A stretch of 64,000 bases of DNA from Callorhinchus milii (Eukaryota), in NCBI RefSeq assembly GCF_018977255.1, contig NW_024704742.1, forward strand, positions 127,474,001 to 127,538,000, written 5' to 3'. This document shows positions 27,240 to 38,767 of this stretch, piece after piece. The position numbers and the translations under genes were made by a program. How positions within the stretch are numbered: the first letter of the stretch is position 1; each line of letters starts with the position of its first letter. The notes beneath the pieces are model-generated. The model was given only the letters and a program-made list of their open reading frames with translations. It did not search any database and was not told where the DNA came from.

Positions 27240-28152
27240 CGAGCGATCCTCTCTACCCGCTGGGCTCGGGAGCTGCTGGAAATGAACTCTTGATGGATTG
27301 GCCGTTTAAGTGGAGTGAGAGCGCCGACACGCGATTCTCCTCCTCGAGCTGCAAAGTCAGGTCTTCTTAAATAAGACCTTAAAGTTTTTTTTCGCCCCCA
27401 CCCCCTTCCGTGACCCCCTCCCCTTCCGTGACCCCCTCCCTGCCTCCCAACATTTTCCCTTTTTTTACTTTCGCCCCCCCCGCCCCCCCAAAAAAACTCC
27501 ACCACCACCACCCGCACAGACCGGCCCCCGGGTTTATTTAAGCGTCCAACGCAGAAGCGAGGAGAGCAAAGCGAACAGCAGCGCCAATAGACGATGGCGG
27601 GAGGAGGGAAGGGGAGGGGAGGAGAGCAGAGGGAGGACCGGCCACACGCGCTAACTGCTGGAGGTGTGATCTCGGCCCTGCAGTATCCGCGCGGGAAACT
27701 TTAGGGGCGATTAGAGCGGATTGTATTTGACGGCGAGAGGAGCCAATCATAAATATAAACTTAAGCGCAGGGGACCAGCAGGTAGCAAAGCACCACGACT
27801 GTCAGGACCCCCTTCTCCCCCCCCCACCCCCTCGTGAGGAGACTGGCATCGGCCCGCAGAAACTTCGAGAACCTCCCGCGCCCGCTTCCCGCCCATTCGC
27901 ACGCAGCGCGCGTGGCGCGGCAGTTGGTGGCGGGCGGGGCGGGGCGGGCGGCCGCGCAAGCGCAGGACGAACGAACGGCCGCGGGAGCGCCGTTGCGGGC
28001 AGCTGCGCATGCGCTTGGCTTCGCGCCGAGCCGCGCCGCGCAGCGAACCCCGGGGCCCGGTCTGGTCTGGTCTGAGCGGATTGAGTCAGAGAAGCGAAAG
28101 AAAAAAACTTTTCCGGAGATAGTCCGAGGAGGGCAGTTGAGGAACTCTCCAG

Positions 28153-28470
28153 AATAATAATAATCCTTTGCGTTTGATATCGCGCTTTTCACGTCGGGAG
28201 GACGTCCCAAAGCGCTTCACAGAACACACTGTAATGTGAATTGACTGTGTATTTGTGGGCGAACGCGGCAGCCAATTGCGCACAGCAATGTCCCACAAAC
28301 AGTCGTAGATTGAAAATGACCAATTTATTATTGTTTTGGTTTTGGAGGGATTATTATTAGGCTCTGTGTGGAGTAAGGAAACTTGCCCAAGGTTTCGCCC
28401 TCTGCCGGGAATTGAACTCAGGTCTCTCACTTGCAAAGCGAGTGCTCTAACCACTGAGCTACAGGACTCC
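28153..28470 (-). mobile_element. tRNA-derived SINE, full length, at the CpG-island edge
   Basis: Near-identical to the other young copies. Confidence 0.92.
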
Positions 28471-28724
28471 GTGGGACGAGAATGGAAAAGACAAAGAGGG
28501 GAAAGCCAGGACACGACAGACAGAAGTAATACAAGAAGTAATTGCCTTTCCTGGACTGTAGAAACGTCGTCTCGCAAGCGCCAGGACCCCGATTCGATTC
28601 CCGGGCGGGGCAAACCTTGGGCGAGTTTCCTTACTCCTCACACCTCTGTTTACCAAGCAGTGAGTAGGAGGCCCCGGGTGTCAGTCGATTGGCGGATCAC
28701 TTTCTGAGAGGAATAATCCCTTCA

Positions 28725-29930
28725 ATAACAACAACAACAAACAAACAAACCCAATGACATTTTTGTAGCGCCTTTCGCGTCGAGAGGACGTCCCAAAGGG
28801 CTGGACAATCAGTGTGCAACCAGTGAGGGCAAGTGGGGAAAGGAGGGTGACCGAAGGTCTTGAGACGGGTCTTGAAGGAGGTAAGAGAGGGGGGCGGGGA
28901 GGAGGGACTGTGGGATGGAGTTCCAGAGGGTGGGGGCAGAGTAGCAGAGGGCCTGCCCGCCAATGGAGGGGCGGGTGAGGCGGGGCACATGAAGGAGGCT
29001 AGAACCCGCTGAGCAGAGGGAGCGGGCAGGATGGTAGGGGGTCAGGATGTCGCGGAGGTAGGGGAGAGCAACAACAACAAGGTTACATTTGTATAGCGGC
29101 TTTCATGTCGGGAGGACGTCCCAAGGCACTGGACAGTGTGCAGCATTTCAGACCCGAGCTGGGGGGAGAAGGGAGAGGAGGGGAGGGGGGGTGGCCGATG
29201 GCCTGGTCGAAGAGGAGGGTCTTGAGGCGGGACTTGAAGGAGGCTAAGGAGGGGGTGAGGCAGAGTGACTGGGGATGGAATTCTAGAGGTTGGGGGCAGA
29301 ATGGCTGAAGGCTCTCCCGCCAATGGTGGGGCGGGTGGGTCAGGAGATGTGGAACAGGTCAGAGCCGGCTGAGCGGAGGGAACGGGCGGGTTGGTAGGGG
29401 GTTAGGAGGTCGCAGAGGTAGGGTGGGGCGAGGCCATGGAGGGGTTTGTATGTGAGGACCAGGATCTTGAACTGGATCCTCTGAAAGATAGGGAGCAATT
29501 GGAGTCGGGTGAGAGTGGGGGAGATGGGGTCACGGAGCTTGATGAGGGAGAGGACACGGGCACAGAGTTCTGGATGGTCTGCAGCCTATGGAGGGAGGAG
29601 TAGGACAGTTCGACAAGCAGTGAGTTTGCGTGGTCAAGCCTGGATGTTATGAATGCATGTATGAGGGACTTGGCAGCCTGCGGTGTGAGACAGTGATGCA
29701 GAGGTGGGGAAAGGCGGAGCAGGTCATGATATGGATGTGGGGTATGGAGAACACTTGAGGGTCAAACAGGACCCCGAAGTTCCATATGGGCTATGTGAGA
29801 TGTAGTGTGCATCCATCCACCAATGCCCTTGGTCTTGTTGGACATTCAACTGCAGGAAGTTAGATGATGTTCGACAGGCAATCTGTGAGGACAGCAGTGG
29901 TCCTGGAATCAAGGGTGGAGGCAGAGAATC
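28725..29930 (-). mobile_element. Two tandem L2 LINE 3' fragments
   Basis: Two L2 tails with (TTG)n at ~28727 and ~29069, plus ORF2 C-terminal remnants. Confidence 0.8.
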
Positions 29931-31085
29931 AAATCAATCAATAAATAAAGAAATAATTTGGTCACTCAATCCACAACTATTTGTGGCACACTGCTCTGTG
30001 CAATTGGCTGCCATGTTTCATCCACAAAACATACAGTCAATTCACTTTACAGTATATTCCATGAAGCGCTTTAAGACATCTCACCAAATTGATAAGGTAC
30101 TGTATCAAATGCAAGGATTATTACTATAAAGAGTCAGACCTTTCCAGAGTAAAATGAGAGAGAGCAATTGATCACTGCAGACCGAGACAGGAAGGGAGAC
30201 CTACAAATCTTTCTGGACTGGAGAAGATGAGTAGGGACAACAAGACCTATCTGAAGGTAGAAGACAGACAAAAAGTTGTACAGTAATTAACTTTCCTGGA
30301 CAACAGAAAGGTCAGAGAGATAGACCTTTTTTCCCTCTAGATATGCTGCAACTTCCTTTGCTCAACATCCAGTGTAAAGATTAATCTTGTTAAGTTGAAA
30401 TTTTCACCCAATATCTATAAATTATAATGCTATAACCGTGTTCTAAGAAGCAAATTTAAACTTAAACTCCTTAAAACAGTAACTCTAAGACAACCTCTTG
30501 AACTTTAAAACTCTTTCAAGGAAGTCTTGGATGAACCTCAGTTTATGAAGACACTGCCTCTAAGGATTGTGCTTGTTTGTTATTTTGGGCAGTAAAGAAA
30601 CTAAGAATAATTCTGTAGAGATCAAATATCCCCATTTGTATGCGTTACAGTGTATCAGGTATTTTACATTTCCCACATAAATAAAAGATCTGTATGTTCT
30701 AGTATTTATTGCTACATTCTATTTCCTTGACTTAAGAAACAGAAATCCTTCTCACCCCCCAATTCACCAAGCCTACCCTTTCTTCATTCTACTTCTGGGT
30801 TGCTGGATTGTAAAGGGGCTGACCATATTTTGAATGATTTAACACTCTGGGAGACTAGTTCATCACAAGTATTGCCCAGCATTCAATATTCACCTTAAAA
30901 GGCCTACTGTGGAAAAAAAATCATGCCGATGTTTAATTGAGCGTTGTTTTCTCGTGTCCTTATTCAGCATTTGCTGAATATATTTTCATGAATGTATCCA
31001 TACTTTGAAGACACTGTCCTTCTTGAGCACTACAACTTGTAGAGTCTTGGAGCACTGGCTCATAAAACTCAAGGAAGCCAGTTAC

Positions 31086-31312
31086 AATAATAATAGTAAT
31101 CCTTGAATTTGATATAGCGCCTTATCATGTCTTCTAGACGTCTCAAAGACGTCGTGGATTGAGTGACCAAATTATTAATGTTTTTTTCTTGAGGGATTAT
31201 TATCAAGCGTGTGGAGTAAAGAAACTTGCTCAAGGTTTCGTCCTGCCAGGAATTGAACCCAGGTCTCTCGCTTGTGAGGCGAGTGCTCTAACCACTGAGC
31301 TACAGGACTCCA
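31086..31312 (-). mobile_element. tRNA-derived SINE with internal deletion
   Basis: Head and tail present; central core missing. Confidence 0.8.
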
Positions 31313-31620
31313 TGTTCACATTTTGTTTTCACATTTAGCTATGTGAACACGACACTTGGTTGTGGGATTTTGACAGTGCCTGCAGTAAACAGAAGAATTT
31401 GCAATTAAGAGGAAGAATTAAAATGAATGAAGCAAGTTACACCTTAGCGCTGAGAGGCTGCTGTTAGCATCCAGTGGCAGGATTCCTCCAGTTACACCTG
31501 AACAAGATTTGGTTGCGTTGGCCACACGGCTGTAACCAGACAACAGAAAGAAGCTGGTGACTGCTGCAGCATTAATGACAGCTATTTCCCTCCATCACTG
31601 CTAAAAAGAAGCCCGTATCT

Positions 31621-31951
31621 AGTCCTGTAGCTCAGTGGGTGGAGTCCTGTAGCACAGTGGTTAGAGCACTTGCTTTGCAAGCGAGACACTTGGGTTCAAT
31701 TCCAGGCAGGGCGAAACTGGGCAAGTTTCCTTACTCCACACGCCTAATAATAATCCCTCCATAAACAAAAAGAATAATAAATAGTTCATTTTCAATCCAC
31801 GACTGTTTGTGGGACACTGCTGTGCGCAATTGGCTGCCACGTTTCGCCCACAAATATACAGTCAATTCACTTTACAGTCTATTCTGTGAAGCGCTTTGAG
31901 ACATCGAGAAGACGTGAAAAGCGCTATATCAAATACAAGGATTATTATTAT
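31621..31951 (+). mobile_element. tRNA-derived SINE, full length with duplicated 5' head
   Basis: AGTCCTGTAGCTCAGTGG repeated at 31621 and ~31643; rest matches the family. Confidence 0.9.
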
Positions 31952-34271
31952 TTGTTGTGGTCAGTTGAGTGACACGTGAAAACTCATCACAATGCTTAAG
32001 AATATCAAAGCAGCAAGATTTCCACATATTTATGCCATATACACATGGAAATTTACCTGTGCTTGGAATGGATGTGCACTCCCCAATGGGATGCACCGTC
32101 TTAGGATATTAGGCATAAGAACCAAAGTTTAAGGACCCAGAATGTGAGTTTGGTCACTGTTGGACCAAACCAGCAACAACCACATATCTTGTCATTGAAA
32201 GCACTGTCTGGCAAACTTGTCCATGTTCTTAGCTTGTAATGTTAACAGGATCTGAGTGGGAAGAATCTCTGTACCCAGTGATCAGTTTACCCTTCCAAGT
32301 CATGTGAATGAGCCATGTCTGTCACTGAAAGTGCCTTAGAGTACTGCGTCCCTCCATTGCACTTCATCGCCAAGCATATTACATTAGTAATGAATAATAA
32401 TCCTTGTATTTTCATATATTGCCTTTCACGTGAGTGCTTCAAAGGATTTACTGTAAAGTGTTGTGACTGTGTATCTTGTAGGTGAACGTGGCAGGTAATT
32501 TGTTGCACAGTAATATCCCACAAAGGCTATGAAGTGAATGACCTAATTTTATTTGGGGAAATACTGGCCAGGACAGTGGGAGAAACTACCTTCTCTTTTC
32601 AAATAGTGTCGCCACAACTTTCATATCCAACTGAACAGGCAGACATGCCATTGATTTAACGTCTCATCCAAAAGATCACACCTCCAATAATGCAATTTAC
32701 TGGAGTCAGCTCAGCACCAAAAAGCTCATGGTACCTCCCCCCTCCCTCCCTCCAGAGGATATTATAATACAAATTTACATTTAAATAGCCCCTCTCACAT
32801 CAGGAGGATGTCCCAAGGTGCTTATCAGTACTGCTGGGCTTCTGAGCTCGGGGTAGGAACCTAGGGGGATGGGGAGGAGAAATGTTCCCGAAAGCACAGT
32901 CAAAGGGGTAGGTCTCAAAACCAGATGATATTGCGCAATGTTGCATGGAGCTCCACCTAATATTCAAGATAGGTAGCAACAAGTAGCGTGCTTGTTGCTA
33001 CCTACCAATACTCGGGTGGGGTATATCTCACATTATTATCCTGGGCTCCTGTAATACCCAGAAAAGCGTATTGGCCATCAGGGCTCTCACCTACTTACAC
33101 CTCCCCCCTCCCACTAATCCTAATACTACCCACTATGTGAAGAAATGTTTCCTGATCTGACTTGCAACCATCTTGGCTCTAATTTTAAAATTATGTTCTC
33201 TTGTTTTGGATCCAAGAGTTGTCCAATATCTAGCTTGACTATTGCCTTCAATTTTAATCACCCATTAACTTTTGCTTCAGAGATAAATTGAGCACTTCTC
33301 CTTCCTTGGGCATTATAACAGAATCAACTGGGGGCGTTTGAAAGATAATTGGACGGACATGGAGGATTTGGGTGGGGGCTATTGGGAGGCTGAAGGGAAA
33401 GAACAGAGAATTGGGATTAAGATGGATGAACAAACACTGATGAAAAAAATGGGGGATTGCCATGGTTCCTTAATCTCCTGGAGAATCGTCCAATAACTAA
33501 ATCAGAGTTTGAAATGGAAGATGGATTTCCAATCTATCCCTACAACATATTCTGTAGGTATTTGAGGTAATCTAAAAATCTAAATCTACTGTTGCAACTG
33601 TAATCGTAGCCAATCTCAATTTAGTGTATTTTAAGATAGAGCCTTTAAATAGTTTTTCATATTCAACAGAAATAAAATGGGTCTCCTATAAGAAGTCAAC
33701 ATCACACCCCAGGACAACTCTCAAGTGTTTTTTGTAGAACTCAGTGCAAAAGGTTAAAGATGCAATGAGCTAAACAAGATACACTGTCCCTGACAACACA
33801 GGGCCAACACAAGGAGGTGAGCAAGTAACATTATACAAAGCAAGCAAGAACTACATTTAAAATTGAAACAAATATGAAAATATACGTCTACCAGAAAAGT
33901 CAGCATGAATGACCTTTCTCACCCAATGGTTGGAAATGAAAAGTACATAGTACTCAATGTCAAAGACAGTGCCAGGTTCTGAATAAAATATTATTTGCTC
34001 AGTACATGAATTTCTAAGCTTGATACATATGAATGAAGATAAAATAAAATAATTTTCTTTCCTTTCAAATGAAACAGTGTCACCAACAAACACTAAACAT
34101 TCAAAGTGCAGCAAAATAAATTTGAATCGCTTCACAGAAAAAATCCCCTTCAAATCCTGAAATGTAATTTTGTTGTTGTTGAAACGTAAAAATATATGAG
34201 GCTATACATCAAAATTATTAAAACGATCCAAAAGCAATATTGAAAAAATCCAATTCAACAACAACTTGGGG

Positions 34272-35235
34272 ATGTCATCTGCAGACATGGGGTACATTTC
34301 CACATGTATGTAGATGACACCCAATTCTATCTTTCCACCTCTCTTTGCGACCCCCAGTCCCCTGATGTTCTGTCAGCCTGTCAGATCTTAGTGTGCGCAA
34401 ACTTCCTTCAGTTGAACGTTGACAAGACGGAAGTCTCTTTAGCTCTCGTCAACGTCTAAAATCTCACGGCTCTCACCTCCTCCACCTACCCGACCTCCCC
34501 CCTAAAGCTCTCCGAACCCGTACACAACCTAGACATTAGGTTCGAACCCCAATTATCCTTCCTCCCCCACATCCGCTCCCTCACCAACACCGCCTTCTAC
34601 CACCTCCGATGCATCGCCCTTCTCCGCCAATACCTCTCCCCAAAAGCCGCTGAAACCCTGGTCCATGCCTTTGTCACCTCTCGGCTGGACTACTCTAACG
34701 CCCTCCTCGCCGGTCTCACATCCACTACCATCCATAAAATCCAAATCATTCAAAACTGCTGCCCGCATTCTTACTCGCACCAAACTCCGCTCCCCGATTA
34801 CCCCAGTCCTTACCAGACTGCACTGGATGCCTATCCCAGAGAGGATCGATTTCAAGATCCTCACCTTTGTATTCAAGTCCCTGCACTCCTCTGCACCCCC
34901 CTACCTCTCTGACCTCCTCTCTCCTCAAAACACTACCCGTTGCTTTCGTTGCTCCTGGTCTGGCCTCTTCCTCATCCCCCGAGTCCTCCGGTCCACCCTC
35001 GGTGGCCATGCCTTCAGCCACTATACCCCGAGGCTCTGGAACTACCTTCCTCGCTCCCATCGCCTCGCTCCCTCCCTTCCCATTTTCAGGTCTCGGCTGA
35101 AGACCTTTCTTTTCGACCGCGCCTTTGGTCACCTTCCTCCCCCTCCTCCTGGCTCGGCCCCGGGATCCTTTACTGCAAAGCGCTGCGAGACGCCGCCCGG
35201 CGTGGAGGGCACTATATAAATCCAAGCTGTTGTTA
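34272..35235 (+). mobile_element. L2 LINE 3' fragment
   Basis: FHMYVDDTQ; AARILTRT...LHWMPIPERIDFKIL...LWN; stem-loop tail. Confidence 0.9.
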
Positions 35236-35299
35236 TTTATACAGTGCTCATCATATGGAGTAATGTCTTGGAGTACCTCACAAGGATGGGTTGGATACT

Positions 35300-35920
35300 A
35301 AAGGGAAAGGGGAAGTGCAATAGGCACATTCAAAGAGGTAGTATTTTCTGGCAAGACTTAAAAAACGAAAAAGAGGGAGGTGATACAGAGGGGTAAAGGG
35401 AAGGAATTGCAGAGGTTAGAGGTGTAAGAGTTGAAGTCTAGGCCATCGTTGGCACGGAGAAAGTAGAGGATGCACAAGTAGTCTCATTTAGCTTGGTGGA
35501 GGGGATTCACAGAAGAACAGGGCAGGAGAGGATCAAAAAGATAAGGAGGTGCCAGGTGTGGATGGATTTGTACTTGAGGATGAGGAGCTTGAAATTGATC
35601 CTCTGGGAGACAGACTGGGGCCGTTTTAAATTTTTCTAAATTGGAAATGCACATCTCACTTCCTAATATCCACACCAACAATTAAATTAGTGAAAGCGAA
35701 GTTTGGTGAGGATGCAGGCGGCAGAGTTTTGGGTGAGTTGCAGCTTGTGACTGTTGGAGCTAGGGAAACCAGGAAGAAATGCATTGGAAAAGGTTAAGCG
35801 GGATGTAACAAAGGCACGAATGAATTTTCCAGCAGCACTAGGTTCAGTGAGTTTGAGAGAGACTGGGGAGGTTAAGGAGGTCAGAGCTGGAGGAGAGGAG
35901 ACATTGTCTGCACCCAAGCC
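35300..35920 (-). mobile_element. Old L2 LINE fragment
   Basis: AFVTSRL.FSNA.L.G...KLQL.QNSAA.IL motif. Confidence 0.75.
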
Positions 35921-36530
35921 AATATGTTATCCATTTTGAAATGGAGGAAATTTTGTTTGAATCATTCCTTAGAAGGAATTCCTTTCTAAGCTTCCTCATG
36001 CAGCAGAAAAAAAGAACCTAAAGAGGGATGAGAATCCAAAAAATGTATCCTTTAAGAAAAATAAGATACACAATATATGAGATAGTGCACATAATAATCC
36101 TTACATTTGCTACTGCACCTTTCATGTCGGGAGGATTGTTAAAAGTGCTTCACAGGGTACACTGTAAGATGGAGTGACTTTTTTAATCAAAGAACACAGC
36201 AACCAATTTGCACACAGCAATGCTTATACAAGGTTATTAATAATAGAAGTAAAGAACATTTATTTAACCTCCTGCTATTTTTATTGTAGGATAACAGAGC
36301 TTCTCTCATTTGATGGAATCTTTTCTAAACTGACAACTCCCAGCTGAAGTTTCTCAGTGCCTTATTCTGAACCTTGTCCTTTGAATTGTTTTAAATATTT
36401 CCAAATTGGAAATTCACACCTTACTTCCCATTATCCACATCAACGTTTAACTTTTACCAATCCTCCCAGAAGCCTTGAGAGTTAACCCATTCAATTGGTT
36501 AAAATGCTACTCTCTTACCAGCGGGATGTG

Positions 36531-36544
36531 CTGCCACCTGCTGG
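36531..36544 (-). promoter_or_regulatory. CTCF core motif CCAGCAGGTGGCAG
   Basis: Matches consensus CCASYAGRKGGCR; binding not demonstrated. Confidence 0.5.
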
Positions 36545-38767
36545 ATGATAGTTTACTCTGGCATTACTTTACCTCATTGCACAAGGGTCTGGTTCTTCCT
36601 CCTTTGTCAAAGAAAAGGAACCAATCTCCAATTAACTTCAAACATTTATTTGCGATTTGAGCTAAATAAAAGAGTAAAGTTTCCCAGCAGGCGATAACCA
36701 TTATGATAAGCCTGAAGTGAAGTGGCACGACTCGACTTTATGTGCTTGGTATTGTGGCAGGGGGGCTTCAGCCTCCAGCATCTCTGGGTGTTTCATATTG
36801 AGTAATTTAAGAACATTTTCAATTTAGACAACAAATCATTCCTCATTTTTAAAGACAATAATAAATAACAATAATTCTTGCATTTGATATAGCCCTTTCG
36901 CATTAGAAGGATGTCTATAAGCACTTCACAGGATTTATTGTGAAGTGTAGTGACTAGGTACTTTGTATTTTTCTTTTAATGAGTGCCCACTTTTGGTGTG
37001 ATTACATAGCATCTGTTTTGAGTTTCGTACTGAATTTAAGAAAAAGCCATGTCTACTTTTTTTAAAAATTTCTTCCCGCTGGCATATGCTTCTCTGCTTC
37101 TGATCTGGTCTCCTCTTGTTGGAGTATGATTTCATGGTCTGTGTTTCTGTGAGTATAGTTTCACAGGCTGCTTACCCTCCAGTATTCCTCTATTCACCAT
37201 AGCATTAGGGTTTTGGAAGCATTTAGCACACAAAAACAATGAATGTCTTAATTCCAGTGGTCAGTTGATTGATTTCACTAACTTGTAGTTATTTCTGAAT
37301 ACCACATTACTCCAAATACCTGTGTGGAATACCAGTCTCTAAAATAGGATAAATTATAACAACAAGACCAAACATTCCACACACAGGAATGCACCTAGCA
37401 CAGCTGTTCTAATTACTGCAGCACCAACCAGTGTTTTGTTGTTCTAGTGTTAGAGAAAGCAGAAATGTTTGATTTGTAAGTGCTTTTAGTAAAATTCATA
37501 AGGTCCTTTGTGAGAAAAATTAGATTCTCTGTGCTTTTTCTCACTGAAGTTCATTTGTGAGGAGGAGAAAGATTGGATCATCCCAACTATCACCCAGACC
37601 AGCACGCTTTCTCTACTAAATCCTGTCATACCTTCCTGTTTCTTTGTTGATCAAGTTACGAGGAAAATCTACTAAAATTATTGCACTTATTGCCAGACTA
37701 ACTATTTTCATACATAAATAAAATGCGTATTGATTCCATGAACAAAATTGATTTTGTAGGAATACCAAACAATAATACATCTTTGCTTTAATATATTCAA
37801 CAAATGTTACAATGCTATAAAAAGTAAACTGTGTTCCTGTGATTTTGATGTACTTCTGAGTTACGTACATTGATGTATGAACCTCTTGTCAAACACACTT
37901 GCTTACTTTGTCAACAATCTGAATTGCTATGTATTGTGCCATCTTGTGGTAAACATATGTCATAAATTGTAAACTTAAGAAAAGTTTACTTTGAAATGTT
38001 TCATATTTCCAAATAGTCATACACAAAACTTTTTATAGGGTAACAAACTTGTAATATAATATTGTAATTCATTTTAAACTTCACAAGTATTGGTATCTTA
38101 AAATATCAAATTAAAAAAAAATTCAGCAGGATGTTAACATGTTAAAAATCAAAGTTGCCTCTGTTGAAGTTTCTACAGGGCTTTCATCAGGAAAAGATGC
38201 TGAAGCATAGTTAATCTGAAGCATAGAGATAACGCATGAATACCTTGATGAAATTGACAACACCTTTGATGTGCTCTGCTGTTACTTTGAGAGAAAAAAA
38301 TATCAGTTGGGTTCAAAATATCTGTCAGCTTCATAAAGAAAATACTGCTTTTGTTTCATTGATGTTGGTTCTGTTATTTCATTCTTGGTAACATGGTGAC
38401 ATATTTAAATAACAATATTTACCTTAGTTAAATGTTTGGGGCGTACTGTTGTCCTTCATACTTAATACTATATAGGAAATGTCTGTCCTACATGTAGTAG
38501 AATTCTAAATCATTGTCACATTTCGAAGCTTTAGGTAAAACACTTTAACACTTGCTTGCAAGAGAAAAGGTAAATAATCCTGGATTATTATTCAGATGCA
38601 ATAAGATTTTATTGTTGACTAGTAATGTTACTTAAAAGATGGACCAAGGTATCCATTTTAAAAAAATGTTTAGATTTTTCTATGCTTTTTACTGCAAGAA
38701 CTGCTTACAAACACAAGAATTTAATAAACTGTATTGTGCACAATTGTTTTAGAATTGCTACACCTTA

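Larger units (their letters stand above)
26640..28100. promoter_or_regulatory. CpG island / promoter of the urea transporter gene
   Basis: Sharp rise in GC and CpG over the first UT exons. Motifs: CCAAT at 27584 and 27743, GC boxes ~27931-27948, NRF1-type TGCGCATGCGC 28004-28014, E2F-type GCGGGAAA 27691-27698, YY1-type GATGGCGG 27593-27600, TATTTAA on the minus strand ~27373-27367. Confidence 0.8.

Noticed and set aside
27538..28707. Multiple long ORFs over the CpG island and adjacent SINE
   Set aside because: Low-complexity products expected from high GC; no recognisable domain.
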